DNA of 36,646 bases, taken from Barthelona sp. PAP020 (taxonomy: Eukaryota). The stretch covers positions 1 to 36,646 of the forward strand of contig JARQWU010000082.1 in the NCBI GenBank assembly GCA_040182905.1. Reading direction: 5' to 3'. Below, piece by piece: positions 19,401 through 28,933 of the stretch (positions are counted from its first letter, which is position 1; each line of letters starts with the position of its first letter). A program made the translations under genes and the position numbers. Under the pieces are notes generated by a model that was not told the origin of the DNA, ran no database searches, and worked only from the letters and a program-made list of their open reading frames with translations.

Positions 19401-21953
19401 GGTGGTGGTGGAATTAATGAGTTATACGTTATGGATAGACGTATTGTTGAATTAGAGATTGAATTGGAGAAGTGGAAAATGGACAAAAATTTATACCGGA
19501 AAAAATTTACGAAAAATCGAATAAAGTCGATAAATGCTGAAATTAATTGGCTAACATATCACTGTAAGCTGATTGAAGGAGAAATGTTCCTGAAATTAAT
19601 GACAACAATTGATTTGATTTTAAAAGAGAGACATTACAGGATAACGCAGTGGAAAGAAGCTAATAATTTCTACTCTAGGGACCTTTTGAAATCTGAACAA
19701 ATGTTTAATTCGTATTGGGAGTTTTTGCAACAAAAATTTCATAGGTCCTCTGAAATTAATGTTGTTATAGGTGAAACAGATGCCCCTGAAGCAATTTTTA
19801 CAAATGGAATTGTTGATATGCATGATGATGCGAATGAAGATGAAAGTATCCCAGCAACTCATCTTTCAAATTCTATTCTCATGAGGAAAAATAAGTTATT
19901 TCTTTCTCATTTTGCAGAAAATGAAAAGGAAGAGAGCATTTTGTCGTTCGATAACCCAACTACTACAGTTGCTTTGGATTCAGCAATTTCCCCTGATCAA
20001 TCAGAAATTGATTCTCAATTGTTGATATCTTCAATGTCTGTACCTATTTGTTCGTCAAACGAATTCAATTCCCCGAATATTGATAACAATGACAAAAACG
20101 ATAATGTTGATAGGGAGACAATGAACTTGGAATCAAATATGAGCAGTAAAGGCAGTTTGATTGATTCCAAAGAAAAAGAAATGGTTCTTGCTGTGCCTTG
20201 TTCTTCAGGGATTGGAAGCATTGTTGATATTGGTACTGAAGAAGAAAAAGTTGCAGCATATCAAGAAACTAACCAGAAAAAATTGCGAAAATATCTTGAA
20301 AAATTATCGAAGAATTCTAAAAATGTGAAAAAAATGAAACAAAAATTATCCATGTTACATCCTAATGATTTTCAAACGAATTATCGGGAATTTTTAGCAT
20401 TGGAGCAAAAATTTGATGAAGTTTATTCCTTGGTTGTAAAATTATACAAAAACAGTGACAAAAGTAAGATCGATGATATTTCTATCAATTCCATGTATAA
20501 TGAGTTAAAAAATCGGTTCAATGAGTTAAAGACAAGGTTCAACACAATACATTGTACTAATAATGAGCGGTTAAGTGTTGTTACACTATCATTTTTGAAT
20601 TTATTAGCAAAATTGAAGAAGAATAATGAACGATGGGTTGATACCTTTTTTTTGCCTGATTATATGGAGGATGGAAAGCATGAAAACGATTATATTTATT
20701 TTGAAGATTTCTCTTCCACCAAAGACTTGAGTATTGGCTTAAATTTGGGAAGAAATGATTTGAAGAGAAGTGAATGGATAAATATTGACGTTGTTACTTT
20801 TATCAATATGTACTTTCGACAATTGAAGGAGTTAATTGTTCGATATGACAAACAAACAGGAGTATTCATTTTGAAATATTATACCTTTCAAGATGAGTAC
20901 ATGTTTATTGACGGTTATTTTTTGAAGAATTCTTGTGTGATTGAAAATAATGAGTCGTTAAAGATTTCTATTTTCCCAGCAATCCTTGAAAAATTGCTGG
21001 CAAAACTCTCAGGTTCTTATCAAGCTTTAAAAAGCCTGAAATTGAATTTTTACACTCTTAAACATCTCTTTGGATTCTATTACAAGGAATGGTTTTGTCA
21101 AAAAATGTCAATAATTGAATCACTTGATTGCACCAATGAATTAGCAGCACATTTCAATGATTTTAATGGAATAAAATGGTTATGTTCAAAAGAAAAGGAA
21201 TTCTTTCATGTTATCGATTGTTTTCCTGTGGATATCAATGGTGCAACCATCATTTTTATTTGTTTAACCCCATTAAATTCTCGAAATTTCATTAACTTTC
21301 AGAATCCATTCAACAACCATTCAATTATGAAATCTAAAAAGACCAATGATCTTCTCTTAACAAGGCTTCAAACACAAAAAGAGTTTTTTGAAGATAATGG
21401 TCTTTTGACTTCCCCTCATCAACCAATATGCTGGTGTAGAATTGAAGATCTATTGAACGAGTGTGATTCAATCATCAAATATGCTAATATCATGAAAATG
21501 AACTCCATTTCTTCAAGTGGAAAAATAAAAAAGAACAATGCTCAGGTGTATTCAGAACAAAACCTTATGTTGCATTTGGTGCCTCAACACACAATATCTT
21601 TGAAAAATTTCAATTCCAAATTGAAAATTGATGATACAAACTTTTCTTCTTCTTTGAATCTCATTTTTGAGTTTTCTCAGCTTAAAATGGATATTTTGGT
21701 TGATTTTGTCCTTCTGGTCTGGGAAAGCAATCAAACACCTATCACAAATGAAAACAATGAGCATTTTCTTTTAACCAGACCTATTTTTACCAACAATCGT
21801 TGCACCAGGTTTTGTCTTAACGTTCAAAACCCAAATTTCAATTCTTACATAACAATCACACCTTTTTTGCGTTATGGTTTTCAAATGAATATCCCTTATA
21901 ATATAGTTGTGTATAGTAACAGTTGTGGTATGGTTATTCAAAAAATAGCATAA
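16428..21953 (+). CDS. Multi-pass membrane protein with C-terminal degenerate calpain (CysPc plus domain III); DEK1-like architecture
   Basis: Roughly 20 or more hydrophobic segments in the first ~860 aa, a linker/coiled coil, then WVDTFFLP, GVFILKYY...FIDGYF, ILEKLLAKLSGSYQAL (calpain LLEKAYAKLHGSYEAL), CWCRIEDL and a domain-III-like end. First ATG at 16428. Confidence 0.8.
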   Translation: MNVWCDASIIFHAIVSIIYYLKRRKNFPNGTFDSSSFKWIYVFIVIILCLYDIYISIFKISILYNDKIIVHQSIFFICIFFVYQMLLWNVINHMFDKQNKKYENIFQFLIMTIIILISVFSIFIKKFEQKNVLIIFPSCALSLYLSRKLNFNQAISLKDFYASIMKHKKKLDNGHTMFGKDFNNIIIYERTSLKRILLILTIPLVLNIFEVYVATNDIKNVIINASVYVYSNFIIVFFPLKYLIFHPFILQIFVVLNRIVYEIIVSNGRNSVFISLLVSYSILFLLLYFANIYYDTRKIEELKFFYSPKADTFKSSIIRNRFLNNLYVLFFLTFVFVCLLDHFFSVDFLLQRKQVIFFIFIFSCFFFIIFIVCRLVYKELFKKVNLLIDFTLFGIWNAKDKSIWSESIFHEDNVQNIKKKKLTFDLKNQIQLWLAKSIFPASFKIFLIYDICGTIILEILMFLLDYIFGKYLSKYFNYSDNHQIFTYGSLILLFFYAYVCAFTFITLNKMPIIVFKDDFSTQLRTFFNYVSFFKYYKYLVIFLKSIMLIFIGFTLNDELGLIICYVIVPGIHTSLIIVITMNSKKMNVFECFSTIVLVFPWICRFFFQNTGYDQYLNPLLCFVLLIHVFIYFYALIFSFNVTISKWQVKNVFLMLLCVLVPLFIIFVEHFQSLYNKLLDTYFVQCVVFLIIFSIYLIQCANRFNTYIIHVSNYSGRHSESHVFFIYYFILIYLLEKIWEKISFSFSIPIFLCVLFSIVVIYAILNLHLLDSTLLFGKDPFLKNVYFGKGINPIIKFDGFARKTMDLSKNIQLMFITLILSCFFFTFCFITIKNILGQLFLIILIILIFSVTIMLDQNKTTYIFIIQHLFDKEILNVLAGLFEGQLFYDYLFTINSKNQKGNCYSCDEMKHFKELSDLLFIKRNLDFNSVMNSVDTGVIEEEKFNGSACSLGSVSGTGSIDSLDSIEAMINDNSFIHEFESSTRKNNHYKIGGGGGINELYVMDRRIVELEIELEKWKMDKNLYRKKFTKNRIKSINAEINWLTYHCKLIEGEMFLKLMTTIDLILKERHYRITQWKEANNFYSRDLLKSEQMFNSYWEFLQQKFHRSSEINVVIGETDAPEAIFTNGIVDMHDDANEDESIPATHLSNSILMRKNKLFLSHFAENEKEESILSFDNPTTTVALDSAISPDQSEIDSQLLISSMSVPICSSNEFNSPNIDNNDKNDNVDRETMNLESNMSSKGSLIDSKEKEMVLAVPCSSGIGSIVDIGTEEEKVAAYQETNQKKLRKYLEKLSKNSKNVKKMKQKLSMLHPNDFQTNYREFLALEQKFDEVYSLVVKLYKNSDKSKIDDISINSMYNELKNRFNELKTRFNTIHCTNNERLSVVTLSFLNLLAKLKKNNERWVDTFFLPDYMEDGKHENDYIYFEDFSSTKDLSIGLNLGRNDLKRSEWINIDVVTFINMYFRQLKELIVRYDKQTGVFILKYYTFQDEYMFIDGYFLKNSCVIENNESLKISIFPAILEKLLAKLSGSYQALKSLKLNFYTLKHLFGFYYKEWFCQKMSIIESLDCTNELAAHFNDFNGIKWLCSKEKEFFHVIDCFPVDINGATIIFICLTPLNSRNFINFQNPFNNHSIMKSKKTNDLLLTRLQTQKEFFEDNGLLTSPHQPICWCRIEDLLNECDSIIKYANIMKMNSISSSGKIKKNNAQVYSEQNLMLHLVPQHTISLKNFNSKLKIDDTNFSSSLNLIFEFSQLKMDILVDFVLLVWESNQTPITNENNEHFLLTRPIFTNNRCTRFCLNVQNPNFNSYITITPFLRYGFQMNIPYNIVVYSNSCGMVIQKIA

Positions 21954-22175
21954 AACATCCACACCATTACCTTTGTAAATTTTGTAAATAACCTCTTTTT
22001 TATTGATAGATTGAACTTTTTGGTTGCAACTTTCAGACAAAACAAAAGAATTTCAAAAGAACTACTCCATTTAGTTGATGAAAATGTTGAATGAGAGGTT
22101 GAAAAAGGGCTTGAAATGCCCAAAATGGGAATAAACAAAAAGCAACAAAACTGTTGATTCTTTTTCTTTTTCATC

Positions 22176-22886
22176 ATGACTCACCAAAAATCGATTTTCT
22201 ATGTATTAAATGTACCTAATGAAATTGTCAATTTGATAAATTACGAATCAAGATTAGATACATCAAGATCTTCATTCAAAGGGAGAATAAAATTTGAAAT
22301 AAGCGATGACAATGAATACACACCATATGAATTTACAGTTGATGATCCAGAAGCTGATGATTTCAGTGCAAATATCTCTTTCAAAGGCTGTAAACGAGAT
22401 CCATGTGCAATTTTCTTTGAAGAAAGCATAAAAAGTCTTGATTCTTCCAAAGTCTTAAGTTACTTAGATACTCCATATGGAACTGGTTCTTTGAGGAAGA
22501 ATGGTCGATGCCAAATTTTGAAAGACCTCAAAAACAGAAGGAAACCAGAAACAAAAATTGAAGCCATGGACAAGCATAAAAGACCCCTCAAGTTTGTTAC
22601 TGAAGAAGATAAAAAAGACACAGTATCAATCAAAACAGGCACCACTCGTATGGATGAGACTCTGTTGTTCCGATATCTGTTTGAATACTTCAATTTACAG
22701 AGCGTTTGGAGAGTTTCCGCCCTACAAGAGCGATTATTCAAGGAGGCAAAAGGATTCCCTCCCAAATCACAAATTCAAGATGTCCTTGACAACATGGACA
22801 ACATACAAAAGGTTCCCCGCATGAGAGAAACCACATACGAAAGAGTAAAAGATGATAGCGATGAGGTCCAAAAGATGGAGCAATAG
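22176..22886 (+). CDS. GTF2F2: Transcription initiation factor TFIIF beta subunit (RAP30/Tfg2), divergent
   Basis: N-terminal YVLNVPNEI (cf. WLVKVPKYL) and C-terminal winged helix RMDETLLFRYLFEYF...W.VSAL...PKSQIQDVL...TYE; 236 aa. Confidence 0.7.
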   Translation: MTHQKSIFYVLNVPNEIVNLINYESRLDTSRSSFKGRIKFEISDDNEYTPYEFTVDDPEADDFSANISFKGCKRDPCAIFFEESIKSLDSSKVLSYLDTPYGTGSLRKNGRCQILKDLKNRRKPETKIEAMDKHKRPLKFVTEEDKKDTVSIKTGTTRMDETLLFRYLFEYFNLQSVWRVSALQERLFKEAKGFPPKSQIQDVLDNMDNIQKVPRMRETTYERVKDDSDEVQKMEQ

Positions 22887-23183
22887 TTGGAGATGAGAAA
22901 ATGACATAACCAATAATATAAAAAGATGCGTTTTTTTTTATAAACCTTGTTAGTAATTGTATTGGATGTAAAAAACACTAATTATTCCACTTTGAATTTT
23001 TCAATATTTTTAACAAAGAACAAAAAGGAAAAGGAGGAGATTTGTATGTTGTTGAAAACAATTCAATATGGTGTTTCTTTACATAAATATCGACGGAAAA
23101 TTGTACAAAAATGGAATTATAGTAATTACTTTTGCAGACAATTTTCTTTTTTATTATTAATTAACAATTATTTGTCAAAGAAA

Positions 23184-26100
23184 ATGAATGTTGATTTTAA
23201 TTTACTTTTACATAAGCCTATTGATGTGAAAAAATGTGAAAATGTATTTAAGAAACTTGGAAAATGTCATTTTAAGTGGGATTATGGATTTTTAAAGACT
23301 TCTTTGGTTTCTATAAAGTTAAAACGAAGAGGTAAATCAATTATTAATGATGTACAAGAGCTTTGTAATAAAGAGTTTGGATTTGGTTCAATTGAAATTT
23401 CTGAGAAAAAATCTCTTATGCAGAGAAATGTTAATCATAATAATATTAGACTCGAAACATTTAATGATGAACCATTGTTCTTTCACATTAGTTCCATCAA
23501 TAACAAAGAAAATAAATCGTTCAATTCTTCCATCTTTTCACCGAATCAATTAGGAAGCTATTTTCATTTTTTTGGACGGTGTCAAATGAATTTGCTTGAG
23601 AATAATGTTATTTGTGTGATGTATGATTTTGTGGAATCAATCAATCACCTTCTGCATGATTTTCTCGATGAATATAATGGTAAGCTTATAACTCCAGTTG
23701 CTTTAGATTATCAAGTTTCTTATGTTTGGGGATTCGAACCTAACTTGTCTAAGGATGAAGATCTGGTCACTTTGTTGCATCAATCATCTGTTTTTCTGTA
23801 TCGCAAATCTCACCACATTACTAGACCTGGATTATTGTATCATGATCCAGAGGCAGCGTTTGAGCATCCCAATATCTCTTTGACAAAAGATGTTCCACAT
23901 GTAACTACTTTTAGTGTGAATTTATTTACGAAAACAAAAGGAAAAATTAGAGGTTCACATGTTTGTGAAGATCTTGGGAGACTGTTGAACGTTACTTTAA
24001 AGGAAATTTTTTATCGAAAGCACAGTGAAACTCATTTGCAATGGAAATTCAGCTGTAATGTACCGTTTCCTGAGTTGTGTTTTGGGGAATATGAAGTGTC
24101 AATGTTCAATGAAGTGTATACTATTTGTGTTGGAACTGAACAATCCAAATCTTTGGATAGAGTTATCAAAAAGCCTTCAAATTCTAGAAATTTTAACGTT
24201 GACTGTTTCCCCAATGATTTTGTTGAATTATGTCGAGGAATTGAAAATAATGAGATATTTTTTGCCAAATGTGTTTCAAGCCCTGTTTCATACGCTGGAT
24301 ATTTCACTGCTGTTGATCAAAGATACGTTGAAAAGCGTTTTGGAATCGATTTCAGTTCGATATTGAGAAAGAATTTTAAAATGATTGATATCCCTGGGAT
24401 TCGTTTCAGAGCTCAAAGACATTCTTTCAAAAATACATTTGTTGATGATATTGTTGCTGTTAAATTGTTTGAATTTGAACATTGGGTCAGTGAAAATGAT
24501 GTGAATGAACGTACAAGCAAATTATCTCATCCAAAAAATGCATTGACCACATCTCTAATTGAATTATTTGCACATATGAATGAATACGAAGAGTTAATGC
24601 CGTTAATTGAGACAGTTTATAACTTTTCAGCCGCTGAATCTCAAGAAGTACCATGTACCTTACATAACAAAGATGAGTTTGACAAGGGATTTATCCGTTT
24701 CAAAACAGTCAAGAACGAAAACTACATTGATGTCCCAAACACTTTGGAATTGATTGAATCAATCAAAGATAACAAAGCTGACATATTCAATATTGAAAAA
24801 TGTGGTTACTTGCCACAAAGTCCCTTCCCTATTGGTAAGTATTTGGGTATCATTGGTAGTACTGATGATATTGAAGCTCAAACAACAGCAATGTTGCAAG
24901 CTCAAAATGTTATGTATGATCACACACATTCAGATTTGGTAATGTTAGATTTACCCCAGACAGACGAAGAAATTAAAAAAGAAGTGGAGGATAAGGTGGA
25001 TTTGTTTTATCGCCGTAATTTGTTAATTTCCAAGGGTTATCCAGAAAAAATTATTGCTGAAATCGGAGGAAAAATTGATCTTGGAACTTTAGAACTGACA
25101 GATGATGAGTGGAGTGATATAGAGGCAGATTTTGGTGATGTTTGGCCTGAATTGATTGAGGATGAAAAAACTGGAAAAGATGTGGCTATATTGGAACCCA
25201 TGTTTGAAATGACTGAACCTGAAATCCAAATATCGAATGAAATCGAAAACTTGCTTCAGCCCGAATTGCCTGATGACCCTGAAAAAATCCTTGAATTAAT
25301 TCGAGAAAAGAAAGTATCAAAAGCTTCGACAATTGCTGAGGAATTTGAGAAAGGTCTTGAAGTGAATGATGAGGCTGAGGTTGAAACAGAATCTGAACTG
25401 GATCAATCAGGCGATATTGAGCCTGAAACAGATTCTGATTCCGATGAGCAAGGCATTACAATCGACGTTTTGAAAATGAAACCCAAAGAAACTTACAATT
25501 ACAATAATTGGGATGATTCTTCCAAGAAAGAACCGATTCGTAAGGAACTCCCCGATTCAGAAGACTGGGATATTGATTTAAGTCAACCTGACACAGTTCA
25601 ATCAGATTTTGGAATAATTATGTCAATAGATCCTGAAACTGCAAGAGATCTCGATGATGCTATCTCCTTGCGTACTATTCATGCCAGAAATCACAAGACT
25701 AAAGAAGAAAAGAAATTTTTCCTCGTTGGTATTCATATTGCAGATGTCAGTCAATTCGTTAAGCCTCATACTAACTTGGATTCTGAAGCAATTGAAAGAT
25801 CAAATACTATATATATCGTTCAAAGGGCTATTCCTATGTTACCTAGATTATTATGTGAGCAACTATGTTCTTTGAATTGTCATGACTTGACTGAAGATGG
25901 TGAAATTGATGCATTAGGGGACACAACAAAACTTGCATTCTCCATCACTTTACTGATGAATGAAAATGGTGAAGTCATTACAAGACCCTGGATTGGTAAA
26001 ACGCGTATTGTGTCCTCTTCAAGATTAACGTATGAACAAGCTCAAATGATGATTAAAAATGAAACTGATCAACTGATTGATATCAATGACGTTGATCCCA

Positions 26101-28289
26101 GTGTTTTAAAGAACGGTCCATTGAAAGTGTCGAGTGAATATCGTAGTGAAGATGGAACGCCACTTATTATTGATAAAGTCAAGGATGTTCCTTTGGAATT
26201 TTTGATCAATGCTGTGCAAAATCTATGGGCTCTAGCAAAGATTATGCGACACAATAGATTTTACGAAAATTACTCAGTTTCTTTACCCAACAAAGAAATT
26301 AAATTCAAAACAGAAGAAACTACCGTTACTCTATCCAATGGAAAGGAAGAGCAAAGGGCTGTTCCTGTAGATATTTATAAGAAAGGAACTTTTGAGGCTA
26401 ATTGGTTGGTTGAAGAGTTTATGCTATTAGCAAACATTTGGGTGGGTAAGACCTTGATTCTTTGCGTTCCTGATTTAGCCCTTTTCCGATCTCATGAGGT
26501 TCCAAAGGACAACAAATATTGGTCCTTCTTCACAACAAACCTTGCTAAACGTTTTAGCAAGAAGCATAGTATTTTGAAAGACCTTATAAATTTTAATATT
26601 GCTGATCAAGAAGAAGTGAGTAAGTCAATGAACCGCGTTCATGAATACCTTGCTGAATTGAAAGAAAACGAACCTGAACCAAATTCTGAAAAGATTGGAG
26701 GTTTGACTATTGATGAATTTATCCAATTCCTGGGCAATGTTCTCATCATTTGTCAAAGCTCTGCAGGTTATACAAATGTTAGTGCAGGTGCACAAACATG
26801 GAAAACTCTATGTAAATTGAAACATTTAGCTCCTGAATTTGCTGAATCCAACTTGAATTTGGTGTTGGATCTTTTTGCTAAGCAATCCCATTATGCTTTA
26901 AATTTCAATCACTACATGCATTTTACTTCACCAATTCGAAGATATCCTGATGTTATGGCACACCGTTTATTGTACGTTTTGTATTTAAATCAACTGAAGT
27001 ATTTGGAACACAGTCCTGAGACTTATCATTCTCACAGTTTTTTCAGATTATTGGCGTTGTTCAGTGATAATCAGCTTGAAACAACAATAAGAAAACGTCT
27101 TGTTAAGCCTTTGAAAGCATCGAGTTGGAAGAGTGACTTTTTAAGCATGAGCATGTCGAATGAATGGGTATTGAAGGCCATTTCTCAACGTCAAAAATTC
27201 TTTATTCCAACAATTAAGGCTAATTTCTTCTTAGATCATCCCCAATATCACAAGTATTTTTCGTTTTTGACAAAGGACAGTGAATCTAAAGAATTGGGTG
27301 AATTGTTGACCTTGAATCTGAAAAAGGAGGTGGAACATCATTCTGAACGTAACAAAAGGCAAAAGTTGTTGGGAAGGGAATCAACCAAACTCTATTATGC
27401 TTTCCTATTCAAAGATGAAGATTATATCAAAGAACGTGTCATTGTTCAAGCTATTCAAAAGAGTAGAATGAAACTGTATGTATTTAGCAACGATACCACC
27501 ATTCAATATGACTATCCAACGAAGATTTATAATACAGAAATATTGTCCAAACAGTTCAATAAGATTGGAGCTGGGCTCAGGAAGAAGTATAATCTCAAGA
27601 ATCTCGTGTATAACTACAGGTATATGGAGAAGTTGGAAAAGGATCAAAACCTGTGTTTCAAGATATATTTCTTTGATATTGATATCCTTGGTCGTGAAGA
27701 AAGGACATACATCTTTATTGATGAGGAAAACAAGGACTATGAGCTTCCAAATGTTATTAAGGAAGGAAAGATATACTCCATTGAAATTAATCTATTTTCA
27801 CCTTTACAAGTGAATGTCAAGAGTGATTTTGAGAGTATCCCTGCTCGTTTGATTTGTTACATTCCTTGGAAAAGCCTACAAAAGAAAAAGGAGAAGTTCA
27901 CAAACGTTATGCCTGTTTGGAACGATTTTAAATCAAATGTCAAGCAAATTTATGGAAAGAGAGCCAATTCTGTTCTTAGTAACAATGATATTGGTACTTC
28001 TGAAATTGAAATCTGTGTTGGTAAGCTTCATGAAAATCTCAACCATCTTTACAAAAATATTCGTTTTGACACTTTCAAAGAAAATATCAAAATCGCCAAA
28101 CAAAGAGCCATACTTCTTGAAGATGACGATTTCACTGATCATATCAAGGTTCTTAACTACATGATCGAAATGAACTACCATAATAATTTTGCTTTGCCTA
28201 AAAGAGTTATTGGTGATTATAATAAACATCAAGTTTATTTGGAATTCTTCACCGTTGAACAAATGCAGGAAGCTGAAGAATTTGTTTAA
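23184..28289 (+). CDS. DIS3L2: RNase II/RNB-family 3'-5' exoribonuclease, DIS3L2-like, with long N-terminal extension and insertions
   Basis: Catalytic SIDPETARDLDDAIS, VGIHIADVS, PMLPRLLCEQLCSL, LVEEFMLLAN, HYAL, HFTSPIRRYPDVMAHRLL; no recognisable PIN domain. Start uncertain (ATG 23184 preferred; ATG 23046 is also in frame). Confidence 0.85.
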   Translation: MNVDFNLLLHKPIDVKKCENVFKKLGKCHFKWDYGFLKTSLVSIKLKRRGKSIINDVQELCNKEFGFGSIEISEKKSLMQRNVNHNNIRLETFNDEPLFFHISSINNKENKSFNSSIFSPNQLGSYFHFFGRCQMNLLENNVICVMYDFVESINHLLHDFLDEYNGKLITPVALDYQVSYVWGFEPNLSKDEDLVTLLHQSSVFLYRKSHHITRPGLLYHDPEAAFEHPNISLTKDVPHVTTFSVNLFTKTKGKIRGSHVCEDLGRLLNVTLKEIFYRKHSETHLQWKFSCNVPFPELCFGEYEVSMFNEVYTICVGTEQSKSLDRVIKKPSNSRNFNVDCFPNDFVELCRGIENNEIFFAKCVSSPVSYAGYFTAVDQRYVEKRFGIDFSSILRKNFKMIDIPGIRFRAQRHSFKNTFVDDIVAVKLFEFEHWVSENDVNERTSKLSHPKNALTTSLIELFAHMNEYEELMPLIETVYNFSAAESQEVPCTLHNKDEFDKGFIRFKTVKNENYIDVPNTLELIESIKDNKADIFNIEKCGYLPQSPFPIGKYLGIIGSTDDIEAQTTAMLQAQNVMYDHTHSDLVMLDLPQTDEEIKKEVEDKVDLFYRRNLLISKGYPEKIIAEIGGKIDLGTLELTDDEWSDIEADFGDVWPELIEDEKTGKDVAILEPMFEMTEPEIQISNEIENLLQPELPDDPEKILELIREKKVSKASTIAEEFEKGLEVNDEAEVETESELDQSGDIEPETDSDSDEQGITIDVLKMKPKETYNYNNWDDSSKKEPIRKELPDSEDWDIDLSQPDTVQSDFGIIMSIDPETARDLDDAISLRTIHARNHKTKEEKKFFLVGIHIADVSQFVKPHTNLDSEAIERSNTIYIVQRAIPMLPRLLCEQLCSLNCHDLTEDGEIDALGDTTKLAFSITLLMNENGEVITRPWIGKTRIVSSSRLTYEQAQMMIKNETDQLIDINDVDPSVLKNGPLKVSSEYRSEDGTPLIIDKVKDVPLEFLINAVQNLWALAKIMRHNRFYENYSVSLPNKEIKFKTEETTVTLSNGKEEQRAVPVDIYKKGTFEANWLVEEFMLLANIWVGKTLILCVPDLALFRSHEVPKDNKYWSFFTTNLAKRFSKKHSILKDLINFNIADQEEVSKSMNRVHEYLAELKENEPEPNSEKIGGLTIDEFIQFLGNVLIICQSSAGYTNVSAGAQTWKTLCKLKHLAPEFAESNLNLVLDLFAKQSHYALNFNHYMHFTSPIRRYPDVMAHRLLYVLYLNQLKYLEHSPETYHSHSFFRLLALFSDNQLETTIRKRLVKPLKASSWKSDFLSMSMSNEWVLKAISQRQKFFIPTIKANFFLDHPQYHKYFSFLTKDSESKELGELLTLNLKKEVEHHSERNKRQKLLGRESTKLYYAFLFKDEDYIKERVIVQAIQKSRMKLYVFSNDTTIQYDYPTKIYNTEILSKQFNKIGAGLRKKYNLKNLVYNYRYMEKLEKDQNLCFKIYFFDIDILGREERTYIFIDEENKDYELPNVIKEGKIYSIEINLFSPLQVNVKSDFESIPARLICYIPWKSLQKKKEKFTNVMPVWNDFKSNVKQIYGKRANSVLSNNDIGTSEIEICVGKLHENLNHLYKNIRFDTFKENIKIAKQRAILLEDDDFTDHIKVLNYMIEMNYHNNFALPKRVIGDYNKHQVYLEFFTVEQMQEAEEFV

Positions 28290-28933
28290 TTTCCCTGCAA
28301 AATTGAAAAAATAAAATTTTTGTGTATTTGTGTTTTTATGCTGTTTAATTTGTAAAATTCAAGATAAACTTACAATGGATCCAATTTTTAATCAAAGATT
28401 CTCCTTGACAAAATTCAAAAGACATTTTCCTTAAAATGTTGATTTTGTCCCTCTTCCATGAGAATAAATATCTATTTCGATCAGTTATTGTGACGAAATC
28501 CCTCTTCATATTACTTTTTGTTGAAACTGAGAAACTATCAGGCTGATTTTTTAAAAAGTACTCTTTTTAATAAACTATGAACCTCTAAAACAAATAGATG
28601 AAGCTATTTATATTAATTGTCGGAAGAATTCAGCTTTTCGGATGAAGATAAAATCTTCCAAAACTATTAAACAAATATTTTTTTTAATTCACAGAAAGAA
28701 AATCTTTCATATTACTCAATAAAAACATCAAAAATATGAAATGTTAATTGTTAACAGTTTATCAAAGCATGATTTAAAAAAAAAAAAAATTCGCAAGGGT
28801 ATTATTGTTCAAATCCTCTGATAAAACACAAAGTCCTCACGCTTAAAATGTAAATAATCAATGATAATTTACCTTCATAAACTATTTTTAAAAAATCCGT
28901 TTTGTTTGAAACTTATAATTTTTTAATTTTTTA

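Noticed and set aside
22947..23183. N-terminal extension of the DIS3L2 ORF from TTG 22947
   Set aside because: Non-ATG start, intergenic-like composition, only 60 nt after the TFIIF beta stop.
25023..25610. Intein in DIS3L2
   Set aside because: No C/S start block, no His-Asn end followed by C/S/T, no endonuclease motifs.
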